Assembly (NCBI GenBank): GCA_045567255.1
Contig: JBJLDH010000007.1
Coordinates: 14,002-78,001, forward strand
Direction of reading: 5' to 3'
Length of the DNA: 64,000 bases
DNA from: Candidatus Pelagibacter sp.
Lineage (GTDB): Bacteria; Pseudomonadota; Alphaproteobacteria; Pelagibacterales; Pelagibacteraceae
The translations under genes were made by a program, and so were the position numbers. The notes beneath the pieces are model-generated. The model had not been told where the DNA came from. It made no database searches and worked only from the letters and a program-made list of their open reading frames with translations. Every line of letters begins with the position of its first letter. The first letter of the stretch is position 1. Of this stretch, positions 11,305 to 21,112 are shown piece by piece.

Positions 11305-13164
11305 ATGTGTAGTATTTTTGGACAGATTAATATTAATGGAAGTTTGATAGAAACAAATAATTTTAAAGATGCATCAAAAATAATTGATCATAGAGGTCCA
11401 GATAAAAAAGGTTATTTAACAGACAACAATCACTTTCAATTTGCTTTTAATAGATTGTCAATATTAGATTTGAATGAAACTGGTGATCAACCAATGATTT
11501 CAGAATGTGGAAGATACATTTGTGTCTTTAATGGAGAAATTTATAACCATAAGAAAATATATAATGAAATTAAATCTTCATTTAAATGGAGAGGCACATC
11601 CGATACTGAAGTTTTATTAAATGCATGGTCTTTGTGGAAAACCAAAACTCTTGAAAAAATTGATGGCATGTTTTCATTTGCAATTTGGGATAAAGATGAG
11701 GAAAAAATATTTATAGCCAGGGATAGAATAGGAGAAAAACCTTTATATTATTATTTAGATGAAAACAGATCACTATTTTTTTGCTCTAGACCTGGTCCAA
11801 TCACAAAAATTTTTCCAAATTTATCTAATGAATTCGAGAATGATAGTATAAGTTTCTATCTTGAAGCTGGATATTTTCCTAGATCAAGATCGATATTTAA
11901 AAAAATTTTTAAGCTAGAACCAGGTAGTTATATGGAGTTTGGTAAAAGAAATATTATTATAACCAAATATTGGTCTATAAATAATTATAACTCCAAAGTA
12001 GTAAAATCTGAATCTTTAAATTATTACGTAGATAAATGTGAAGATCTTTTAAAAGAGAGTATTTCTGACAGGTTAATAAGCGACAAACCGCTTGGATTTT
12101 TATTATCAGGTGGCTTGGATAGTTCTTTGGTAGTAGCAATGGCTTCAAAAATCATAAAAAAGGAAAATATTAATGCTTTTAATTTAGGCTTTGAAGATGA
12201 GAATTATGATGAAAGTAAAGATGCAACAATAGTTTCAAATCACTTAGGAATAAAATTAGAAAAAGAAAAATTAACACCAAATGACTTAATAAAACAATTA
12301 CCTTATTTTTTTGAAAAATTTGATGAGCCTTTTTCGGATACCGCATGTTTTCCATTGATGGAAATATCAAAGTTTGCAAAAAAAAAAGTAGATGTTGTTT
12401 TAACAGGAGATGGCGGAGATGAGTTATTTGGTGGATATAATTATTATTCAATTATAGACTTATTTAATAAATTTAATTTTCCATTAAATTTAATAAATAA
12501 AATATATATTCCATTTTTTTTAAAAAAATTTGGTAACCATAAATTAAAACTAATAAGTAATTTATTTAAATTTAATAACCAGATTTCTAGATTTGCATAT
12601 ATTAGAAGTATTAAAAAAGATTTTCCAAGTATTTATGAATTTAATGAAAATTTTAATATTGAAAAAAAATTTTTAGATAATGTCTCAAAAATGAATTATG
12701 AAAAAGATGATGTTAGTAAAGTTATGAAAATAGACATTATGAATACTTTGAATGATAACTATCTTCAGAAAAGTGATTTATCAACAATGGCATACTCACT
12801 TGAGTGCAGATCTCCTTTTTTGAGTAAAAATTTAGTTGAATGGGCCTTAACAGTACCTTCAAAATTTAAGGTAAATTACTTTAACAAAAAAATAATTTTA
12901 CGTGAATTGGCCAAAAAATATCTTCCAAAAGAAATTATTAAAAAGAAAAAAAGAGGTTTTGAAATTCCTATAAAAAATTGGTTAAGAAATGAATTGAAAA
13001 ATTGGTCACTTGAATTAATAAAAAATGATAATAACTATAAAAATTTAAATTTAGATAAAAAAAAAATATTAGATTTATTTCAATTACATTTATCAGGTAA
13101 AAGAGATTGCCATCCATATTTATGGGCAATACTAGTTTTATTAAAATTTAATGAAAAAAAATAA
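11305..13164 (+). CDS. asnB: Asparagine synthase (glutamine-hydrolysing)-family amidotransferase, glycan-associated
   Basis: N-terminal Cys (MCSIFG), HRGPD, FNGEIYN, LSGGLDSS, TGDGGDELFGGY. Confidence 0.9.
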   Translation: MCSIFGQININGSLIETNNFKDASKIIDHRGPDKKGYLTDNNHFQFAFNRLSILDLNETGDQPMISECGRYICVFNGEIYNHKKIYNEIKSSFKWRGTSDTEVLLNAWSLWKTKTLEKIDGMFSFAIWDKDEEKIFIARDRIGEKPLYYYLDENRSLFFCSRPGPITKIFPNLSNEFENDSISFYLEAGYFPRSRSIFKKIFKLEPGSYMEFGKRNIIITKYWSINNYNSKVVKSESLNYYVDKCEDLLKESISDRLISDKPLGFLLSGGLDSSLVVAMASKIIKKENINAFNLGFEDENYDESKDATIVSNHLGIKLEKEKLTPNDLIKQLPYFFEKFDEPFSDTACFPLMEISKFAKKKVDVVLTGDGGDELFGGYNYYSIIDLFNKFNFPLNLINKIYIPFFLKKFGNHKLKLISNLFKFNNQISRFAYIRSIKKDFPSIYEFNENFNIEKKFLDNVSKMNYEKDDVSKVMKIDIMNTLNDNYLQKSDLSTMAYSLECRSPFLSKNLVEWALTVPSKFKVNYFNKKIILRELAKKYLPKEIIKKKKRGFEIPIKNWLRNELKNWSLELIKNDNNYKNLNLDKKKILDLFQLHLSGKRDCHPYLWAILVLLKFNEKK

Positions 13165-13957
13165 TAAAATTATCACAATTATTATACCAACTAGAAATAG
13201 ATTTTTATTTATAAAAAAAATACTTAATGAAAATAAAGGTCAAAATAAAAATGTAGATATTATTTTGATAGATGACTGTTCTGAAATTAATCAAAGCAAT
13301 AAAGTAAGAAAGTATTCTAAAAATTTTGAAAATGTTAAGTATTTTAGACTTAATAAAAATAGGGGTCAAAGCTATGCATGTAATTTTGGTCTAAATAAAA
13401 GTAAAACAAATTATGTTTGGTTTTTTGATGATGACGATTTTTTAGATAAAAAAACTTTGTTAAAAGTAATAATTTATTTAAAAAAAGAAAATTTTGATGC
13501 AGTTTTGTTACCTATGAAACAAATTTATAATCATAAATTAATTAAATTTGTAGAACCAATCAAATATCAACATACATTTAAATATTTAATTAATTCACCT
13601 CAGACAGTAAGCACATCATGTGCAATTTTTAATAGAAAAAAAATTCTAAATATTGGAGGCTGGGATGAAAAATTGTTTGGCGGCACAGACACAGATTTAT
13701 TTCTAAGATTTTCTAAAAACTATTCTTTCTCTACAATAAAAACAAAGCCAATATCAGTTAATTTTGCTGCACCTAATAGAGTTACAAATAATTTTTTTAG
13801 GCAGCAAAAAGCAAAATTATATCTTTTAAATAAACATTGGAAAATTCTTACATTGAAAAGAAAAATATATTATATTATAAGTTTTATTTTATGTTTCCCA
13901 ATTTTAAACAGTTTTAAAACAAAATTAAAAATTTTAAATTATAAAATAAATGGATAA
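13151..13957 (+). CDS. Glycosyltransferase family 2
   Basis: IIIPTRNR, IDDCS, FFDDDD, GGWDE...TDTDLFLR. Confidence 0.85.
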   Translation: MKKNNKIITIIIPTRNRFLFIKKILNENKGQNKNVDIILIDDCSEINQSNKVRKYSKNFENVKYFRLNKNRGQSYACNFGLNKSKTNYVWFFDDDDFLDKKTLLKVIIYLKKENFDAVLLPMKQIYNHKLIKFVEPIKYQHTFKYLINSPQTVSTSCAIFNRKKILNIGGWDEKLFGGTDTDLFLRFSKNYSFSTIKTKPISVNFAAPNRVTNNFFRQQKAKLYLLNKHWKILTLKRKIYYIISFILCFPILNSFKTKLKILNYKING

Positions 13958-14951
13958 TTTTAATAATAAAAAAATATTAATAGCAGGTGGAACAGGTTCT
14001 TTCGGAAGAGCCATGGTTCAAAAAATAATTAATTCCAAACTAAAATTTTCAGAAATCAGAATTTTCAGCCGAGATGAAAAAAAACAAGACGATATGAGAA
14101 AAAAACTAAAAAATCCAAAGATTAAATTTTACATTGGAGATGTTAGAGATCCATCAAGCATTGATAATGCAACAAGAGATATTGATTATATATTTCATGC
14201 AGCCGCTTTAAAACAAGTTCCCTCTTGCGAATTTTATCCTCTTGAAGCAGTTAAAACAAATATATTAGGTACTCAAAATTTAATTGAAGTTGCAGAAAAA
14301 AATAATGTAAAAAAGATAGTTTGTTTAAGTACTGACAAAGCAGTTTACCCAATTAATGCAATGGGAATATCCAAGGCAATGATGGAAAAAATTGCTATAT
14401 CTAAATCTTTGCAAAAAAATGGAAAAACTAAAATTTGTGTAACAAGATACGGAAACGTAATGGGATCAAGAGGATCTGTAATTCCACTTTTAATTAACCA
14501 AATTAAATCAAATGAGCCAATGACAATTACAGACCCAAATATGACAAGATTTATGATGAGCATGAATGAAGCTATTGATTTAGTTTTATACGCTCTAGCA
14601 AAAGGAGATAATGGCCAAACATTTATAAAAAAAACCGATGGTTCAGATCTTGTTACATTGACTAAATCTTTAATGAAAATTTTTAATAAAAAAAATTATC
14701 CTATTAAAATCATTGGTGTAAGACATGGAGAAAAGCTTCATGAAACTTTGATGAGCAGAGAAGAAAGATTGGCAGCAAAAGAAAATAAAAGTTATTTTGT
14801 TATTTCACCTGATTTAAGAGATTTAAATTATGATAAATATTTTCATCAAGGTGATAAAAAAATTTCAAAATTATCAGATTATACTTCTTCAAATACAAGT
14901 CAGCTTAATCAGAAAAAATTAGAGAAGAAAATATTAAATATTATAAGATAA
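13950..14951 (+). CDS. fnlA: UDP-GlcNAc 4,6-dehydratase/5-epimerase (FnlA/WbjB/CapE)
   Basis: GGTGSFG, FSRDEKKQDDMR, HAAALKQVPSCEFYP, STDKAVYPINAMG, TRYGNVMGSRGSVIP. Confidence 0.9.
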   Translation: MDNFNNKKILIAGGTGSFGRAMVQKIINSKLKFSEIRIFSRDEKKQDDMRKKLKNPKIKFYIGDVRDPSSIDNATRDIDYIFHAAALKQVPSCEFYPLEAVKTNILGTQNLIEVAEKNNVKKIVCLSTDKAVYPINAMGISKAMMEKIAISKSLQKNGKTKICVTRYGNVMGSRGSVIPLLINQIKSNEPMTITDPNMTRFMMSMNEAIDLVLYALAKGDNGQTFIKKTDGSDLVTLTKSLMKIFNKKNYPIKIIGVRHGEKLHETLMSREERLAAKENKSYFVISPDLRDLNYDKYFHQGDKKISKLSDYTSSNTSQLNQKKLEKKILNIIR

Positions 14952-14957
14952 GTTTTA

Positions 14958-16052
14958 ATGGATGTTTTAATTACTGGATCTAAAGGATTTATAGGAACTA
15001 ATTTAAAAATATTTTTACAGTTAAATACTCCTTTTAATATTTTAGAGCACAATAGATCAGACTCTGAGCAAATTCTTAAAAAAAAAGTTAAACGATCAAA
15101 TATAATTTTTCACTTAGGTGGAGAGAATAGATCAAAAAAAAAAAAAAACTTTTTAAAAAATAATTATAGACTAAGTAAAATTATTGCAGAAAACGCTTTA
15201 ACAAAATCTTTAATAGTTTATTCATCAACATTAAAGGTTAATGAAAATTCAATTTATGGCAAAACAAAGAAAAGAGCTGAGGATGTACTTAAAAAATTTT
15301 ATAAAAAGAAAAAATACAAACTTTCAATTTTAAGACTTCCAAATATATTTGGTAAGTGGGGTAGGCCAAATCACAACTCAGTAGTTGCAACGTTTTGTTA
15401 CAATTCTAGTAGAAATATTAAGTCAAATGTAATTAACCCTGAACAAACTTTAAAACTTTTATACATTGATGATTTAATATTACAAATTATGAAGATTTTA
15501 AAAAGAAAAAAAAATATCTTATATCCAGAGATTAAAACAGTTTATAAAATAAAACTTGAAAAATTATATCAAAAGATATTATTAGTGAATAAAAATAGAT
15601 CACAATTGAGTACAGATATAATTAACACACCTTTAGACAAAAAAATTTACAGTACTTATTTATCTTACATGCCAGAAAAAAAATATGTTTTAAATTATAA
15701 AAAAAATGTAGATGAAAGAGGAAGCTTTAGCGAACTTCTTAAAAGCAAGAAAAATGGCCAAGTTTCATATTTTTCTATAAACCCAGGCAAAACTAGGGGA
15801 AATCATTTTCATTTTACAAAAGTCGAAAAATTTTTTCCAATATATGGTAAAGGAAAAATTGTGTATAAAAACATTCATAATGATAAAAAAAAGTCTTACA
15901 ATTTCAATTTTAAAACGCCACAAATTTTTGAGGCTATTCCTGGTTGGTCTCATAAATTTGTAAATAATACTAAATCGGAGGCTATATTTATAGTATGGGC
16001 AAATGAAACCTTTGACAAAAAAAACCCTGATACATACTATCACAAGATATGA
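14958..16052 (+). CDS. fnlB: UDP-sugar reductase/epimerase with C-terminal cupin (FnlB/WbjC/CapF)
   Basis: TGSKGFIG, RLPNIFGKWGRPNHNSVVATFC, DERGSF, RGNHFH. Lies between fnlA and fnlC. Confidence 0.85.
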   Translation: MDVLITGSKGFIGTNLKIFLQLNTPFNILEHNRSDSEQILKKKVKRSNIIFHLGGENRSKKKKNFLKNNYRLSKIIAENALTKSLIVYSSTLKVNENSIYGKTKKRAEDVLKKFYKKKKYKLSILRLPNIFGKWGRPNHNSVVATFCYNSSRNIKSNVINPEQTLKLLYIDDLILQIMKILKRKKNILYPEIKTVYKIKLEKLYQKILLVNKNRSQLSTDIINTPLDKKIYSTYLSYMPEKKYVLNYKKNVDERGSFSELLKSKKNGQVSYFSINPGKTRGNHFHFTKVEKFFPIYGKGKIVYKNIHNDKKKSYNFNFKTPQIFEAIPGWSHKFVNNTKSEAIFIVWANETFDKKNPDTYYHKI

Positions 16053-17162
16053 GATATAAATTAATCACAGTAGTTGGTACAAGACCTGAATTAATTAGAC
16101 TAAGTGAAATAATAAAAGACCTAGATAAAAATTTTCATCACAAATTAATCCATACCAATCAAAATTTTGATAAAAATTTAAAAGATGTATTTTTCAAAGA
16201 TTTAAAAATTAATAAACCAAAATATGATTTAAAAATTAAATCGAGTAATTCAATGTCTACCGTAGCCCAAATTTTAATTAAAATGGACGCAATACTAAAA
16301 AAAGAAAAGCCAGACGCTTTTTTTATTTTAGGAGACACAAATAGCGCCCTATCATCAATAGCGGCCAAAAAAAATAAAATTCCAATATTTCATTATGAAG
16401 CTGGAAATAGATGTTTTGATCAAAGAGTTCCAGAAGAAATTAATAGAAGAATAGTCGATCATATTTCAGATGTTAATTTGACATATAGTGAATTTGCAAA
16501 AGATAATCTTTTAAGAGAGGGTTTGCCTCCTGATAGAACATTTAATATTGGTAGTCCGTTAGGGAAGTTATTGAGAAAAATTATAAGAAAATTAATGAAA
16601 GTAAAATTCTCAAAAATTAAATGTAAAAAAAAATGATTATTTTTTATTTAGTTTTCATAGAGAAGAAAATGTGGATGATTTAACAAGACTTAAAAAATTT
16701 TTATTGATACTGAATAAAGTTGAAAAAAAATATAAAAAAAAAATAATTGTAACAACTCATCCAAGAACAAGAAAACAGATATCAAAAATAAAATATAAAA
16801 TTTCTGCAAAAATTCAATTTTTTAAACCTTTTGGTTTTATCGACTATATTAAATTACAAAAATTTTCTCTTGCGGTGATTTCTGATAGTGGGAGTATTTC
16901 AGAAGAAGCATCATATTTATCTCTAAATGCTATAAGTTTAAGAGATACTATTGAAAGACAAGAAGCGATGTCGGAGTCAGCGGTTTTAATGTCAAGTCTA
17001 GAAACTAATGAATTTCTAAACAATTTGGCATTATGTATAAAAGGCAAAAAAAATAATGATATTATAGAAGATTACAAAAAAAAACTTATTTCAGAAAAAA
17101 TAAGTAGAATTATTAATAGTTATATTCCATACGTAAATAGAGAGGTTTGGAAGAAGTATTAA
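16049..17162 (+). CDS. fnlC: UDP-sugar 2-epimerase (FnlC/WbjD/CapG), two apparent frameshifts
   Basis: VVGTRPE, LGDTNS, HYEAGNRCFDQRVPEEINR, then FHREENVD and SDSGSISEEA. One G is missing at 16562-16564 and one A at 16612-16616. Confidence 0.85.
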
Positions 17163-19045
17163 TGAAAATTTTGGTTATAAGTCAATACTTTTGGCCAGAA
17201 AACTTCAGAATTAACGACTTAGTTAGTGAATGGAAAAAATCAAATTATGAAGTAGAAATATTAACTGGTAAACCAAATTTTCCCTCTGGAAAACTTTACG
17301 AAGAATTTAAAATAAACAAAAAATTATTTTCTAATTATGAAGGTTTCAAAGTACATAGAGTCCCTATTTTTTATAGAGGTAGTGGATCAAGATTTAGACT
17401 TTTAATAAATTATTTTTCTTTTCTAATAAATGCTACTATTTATAGTTTTTTCAAGTTAAGAAAAAAAAAATACGATATTATTTTTACATTTGGAACTTCT
17501 CCAGTAACCATTGGTCTAATTGGAATTTTTTTATCCAAATTTACTCGATCCAAAAATGTTATTTGGCTATTAGATCTTTGGCCAGATATATTATTTGAGC
17601 TAAAAATTTTAAAAAATAAAATTTTACTTGGTGTGCTTAAGATAATTATAAATTATATTTATAAAAATAATGATTTAATATTTGCCCAGTCAAACTCTTT
17701 TAAAGAAGTTTTAAAGAAAATAGTAAAGTTAAAAAAATTAAAAATACTTCATTCATGGCCTGAAAAAATTAATTATGAAATAAAAGAAAAATCAAAAGAA
17801 ATTGAGTTTCGGCCAGATAAACTTAATATTATATTTGCAGGGACAATTGGAGAAACTCAGAATTTTGAGGATATCGTTGAAGCATTTAAATTACTTAAAG
17901 ATGAAAATGTTAGATTGATAGTTCTTGGAGATGGTAGAAAAAAGGATTGGTTGGAAAATCAAATAAAAATTCATAGAATTGAAAATATTATTTTAATGCA
18001 AAATAAACCTTTGAAAGAAGTTCCTTTTTTTATATCACATGCTGACGTACTATTTTTTTCATTAAAATCTGGAAAGGTAGGATCGTTTACAATCCCTGGA
18101 AAATTATCAACTTATTTAAACTTTAATAAACCTATTTTATGTCATGCTCAAGGAGAGTCACAAAATATAATTAAAGAAAATAACTTTGGCCTAACTTCAG
18201 ATCCAGGTGATTTAAATTTGTTGATAAAAAATATTAGATATTTAAATAAACTCAAAAAAGATAATATGATTAAAAGTTATTTCAATCAATCTTTTAATTA
18301 TAAACCATTTAGTTTTAAAAGTTCTTTCATAAATTTAACAAAAAGTTTAAATGAAGTAAAATCAATTGAAATTTTTAATAAAATAAAATTAATAACAGAG
18401 ATAAACAAAATTCCATTTGAAAAAAATTTCATTTTATCAGCTCTAAATTTAGCTTATCTTGGATTTTTATGCTCAGGAGAAGTAAAAACCAAAAAAAATA
18501 TTTATCATTGGCCAGATGGAATATTTTCCAAGAGATTTTTTAAATCAAAAAAAATTAACAAAATATCTGGTAGAAAACTCTTGTCTAATTTAATTGTTCC
18601 AAAAAGCAAAAATGTATTTCATGTTATAGGAAATATGTCACAAAATTCAGAAAATTATCTGAAATCACAATTTAACTTAGAAATTAAGTTTACTCCTTTG
18701 CCTTACGCAAATAATAATGAACTAGTAAATAGTTTGCCTAAAATAAATCAAAATGAAGTAGTTCTAATAACTCTTCCTACTCCAAAACAAGAATTTATTG
18801 CTGAAGAATTAAGTAAATTAAATGAAAATTTCTCGATATTGTGTATTGGAGGTGCTTTAAATATGTTATCTGGCGATGAACCATCTCCACCCAAAGCATT
18901 AGAGGAAAATTTTGAATTTATTTGGAGATTAAGATTTGACACAAGGAGAAGACTTGTAAGATTAATTAAGTCGAGTATTTACTATATATATGGAGAAGTC
19001 TTTAATAAATTTAAAAAATATAAATGGGAACTATATAACGATTAA
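17162..19045 (+). CDS. GT4 (WbuB-like) glycosyltransferase fused to a WecG/TagA/CpsF (GT26)-like domain
   Basis: ATG at 17162 gives MKILVISQYFWPENF...PGKLSTY. C-terminal part has WPDG, TPKQE, CIGGA, EFIWRL. Confidence 0.75.
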   Translation: MKILVISQYFWPENFRINDLVSEWKKSNYEVEILTGKPNFPSGKLYEEFKINKKLFSNYEGFKVHRVPIFYRGSGSRFRLLINYFSFLINATIYSFFKLRKKKYDIIFTFGTSPVTIGLIGIFLSKFTRSKNVIWLLDLWPDILFELKILKNKILLGVLKIIINYIYKNNDLIFAQSNSFKEVLKKIVKLKKLKILHSWPEKINYEIKEKSKEIEFRPDKLNIIFAGTIGETQNFEDIVEAFKLLKDENVRLIVLGDGRKKDWLENQIKIHRIENIILMQNKPLKEVPFFISHADVLFFSLKSGKVGSFTIPGKLSTYLNFNKPILCHAQGESQNIIKENNFGLTSDPGDLNLLIKNIRYLNKLKKDNMIKSYFNQSFNYKPFSFKSSFINLTKSLNEVKSIEIFNKIKLITEINKIPFEKNFILSALNLAYLGFLCSGEVKTKKNIYHWPDGIFSKRFFKSKKINKISGRKLLSNLIVPKSKNVFHVIGNMSQNSENYLKSQFNLEIKFTPLPYANNNELVNSLPKINQNEVVLITLPTPKQEFIAEELSKLNENFSILCIGGALNMLSGDEPSPPKALEENFEFIWRLRFDTRRRLVRLIKSSIYYIYGEVFNKFKKYKWELYND

Positions 19046-19124
19046 TATAATTTAATTTTTTTTAAATTAAATTTTACTAAGGTTATTATAGCTATTTCGT
19101 TAATTAATAATATAAATCATTTAA

Positions 19125-20651
19125 ATGCTTAAAGAAAAAATTTTAGGGAACAATCTTTATAACTTTCTTTTTTATCTATCACTAATTTTGCCATTAGCAT
19201 TAATTGCAGGCCCATTAATATCTGAAATTGTAATTTTTTATTTAATTATTTTATTTTCGTATAGATTTATTGAAAACAAAAAATTATTTTTTAACCCAAA
19301 TGTTAAAATATTATATTTTTTTATACTTTTTTATATTTATTTATTATTTAATTCAATATTAAACTCAGTATCATTAGATCTTTCATTTAAAAATAGTTTT
19401 TTTTATTTTAGATTTTTATTTTTTTCTTATATTTTTTTCTTCATAATTTATTTAGATGAAAATAAATTTTTTAAATGTTTATTTTTTATACTCGGTTCTA
19501 TTTTCTTATTTTTTTTTATAGATTTATTATTTTTAATAATTTTTGATCAATCAATTTCGGGTTCAAAATTAGTTCCTGGATCTGAAAGATTTACAAGCTT
19601 ATTCAGAGATGAAGAGGTTATGGGTGGTTACGTAATGAAACTTTTACCATCACTTTTAATAAGTTTAATTTTTTTAAAAAATAAAAAATTACTTTTTTTT
19701 TCTTTATTAATTTCAGGAATTCTTATAATTTCAAGTGGTGAGAGAACATCCTTTGCACATTTTATTATTCTATGTTTTTTTTTATCAATACATAAGAATT
19801 TTTTTAAAACAGCAATAATTTCAACATTTATATTTTTATCAATTTCTACATTATTATATTTTATTAATTTTACTCCTATAAAAAGAATTATCGCAGCAAC
19901 TATTCACGAAATTATAATTGATGGAAGAAATGATATAGTTGTGTTTAGCGATGTACATGAAAATATGCTTTTGACATCATACGAGATATTTAAAAAAAAT
20001 ATTTATTTTGGTACTGGACCTAAAACTTATAGAAAAGTTTGTAGCGAAGATAAATATGCAAAAATAGTAAAAGAAAAAATAGTAAAAGAAAATTTACTTA
20101 TAGCAAAGAATGATGGTTATCTTTATTTAAAAAAATTTGATTCAATCAATGAAATTACTAATGACCCAATTTTAAAATATGTAGCTTATATTTTTTATAG
20201 TAGTGGAGAAAAAAGAGAATATAATCTTAAAAGATATAGGCTAGATGAAGGAGCTGTTTCAAAATCATATATTTTAAAAGACGGTAAAGAAACTTATCAA
20301 AAAGTTAATTTTAAAAAAAATGATTTAATTGCAAAAATGTCATATTCAAGATTAGATGGATGTGATACTCACCCTCATAATTTAATCGCACAAATTATGT
20401 CTGAATTAGGTGTAATAGGTCTTATTTTTTTTCTAACCTTCTATTTGTATTTATTAAAAGAGCTTTTTTATGCTCATAAAACAAATAATAAGCCTTATTC
20501 AATTTTATATTATTTATCAATTGTGTCATTGTTAATCAATTTTTTTCCATTTATTCCTAGTGGAAACTTTTTTAATAATTGGTATTCAACTTTATTATAT
20601 TTTCCATTAGGCTTTTTTATTTACTTTAATTATAAGCTTAAAAGAAATTAA
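19125..20651 (+). CDS. O-antigen ligase/O-oligosaccharyltransferase-like membrane protein
   Basis: Multi-pass TM protein with SSGERTS, FGTGPKTYRKVC...GCDTHPHN, ELGVIG, PSGNFFNNW. Confidence 0.8.
   Translation: MLKEKILGNNLYNFLFYLSLILPLALIAGPLISEIVIFYLIILFSYRFIENKKLFFNPNVKILYFFILFYIYLLFNSILNSVSLDLSFKNSFFYFRFLFFSYIFFFIIYLDENKFFKCLFFILGSIFLFFFIDLLFLIIFDQSISGSKLVPGSERFTSLFRDEEVMGGYVMKLLPSLLISLIFLKNKKLLFFSLLISGILIISSGERTSFAHFIILCFFLSIHKNFFKTAIISTFIFLSISTLLYFINFTPIKRIIAATIHEIIIDGRNDIVVFSDVHENMLLTSYEIFKKNIYFGTGPKTYRKVCSEDKYAKIVKEKIVKENLLIAKNDGYLYLKKFDSINEITNDPILKYVAYIFYSSGEKREYNLKRYRLDEGAVSKSYILKDGKETYQKVNFKKNDLIAKMSYSRLDGCDTHPHNLIAQIMSELGVIGLIFFLTFYLYLLKELFYAHKTNNKPYSILYYLSIVSLLINFFPFIPSGNFFNNWYSTLLYFPLGFFIYFNYKLKRN
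20061..20090 (+). repeat. Perfect 15-bp tandem duplication inside the ligase periplasmic loop
   Basis: AAAATAGTAAAAGAA twice, encoding KIVKE-KIVKE. Confidence 0.8.
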
Positions 20652-20698
20652 TATTTTTTTTGTAAAACAGATTTTCATTTTATATAACAATAAGTTAA

Positions 20699-21112
20699 AT
20701 GCAGATATTTTCAAAAGTAGAACCTGACAAAATTCTTTTTAGTTTATTAAAATTTAAGGATATAAAAGATAAAAGAACAGACATTTCACCAACTTCAGAA
20801 TTTATTCAAACTTCAGGAAGAATACTTAATAAAGATTTTACTGTTAAAGCTCACAAGCATAACTTTTTGAAAAGAGAAACAAACTTGACCCAAGAAGCCT
20901 GGATAGTTTTGAAAGGTAAAATTTCAGCAAAACTATATGACCTTGATGATACTTTAATTTATGAGACGACATTAACTAGTGGTGATTGTATTACGATATT
21001 TAGAGGTGGACATGAACTAAATGTGCTTGAAGATAATACCTATTTTTATGAAATTAAAAATGGACCATATTATGGAGTTGAGAAGGATAAAGTCACCATA
21101 AATGAAAAATAA
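20699..21112 (+). CDS. Cupin-fold protein (WbuC-like)
   Basis: AHKH...QEAWIV...GGHEL...YEIKNGPY cupin metal motif. Confidence 0.7.
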   Translation: MQIFSKVEPDKILFSLLKFKDIKDKRTDISPTSEFIQTSGRILNKDFTVKAHKHNFLKRETNLTQEAWIVLKGKISAKLYDLDDTLIYETTLTSGDCITIFRGGHELNVLEDNTYFYEIKNGPYYGVEKDKVTINEK

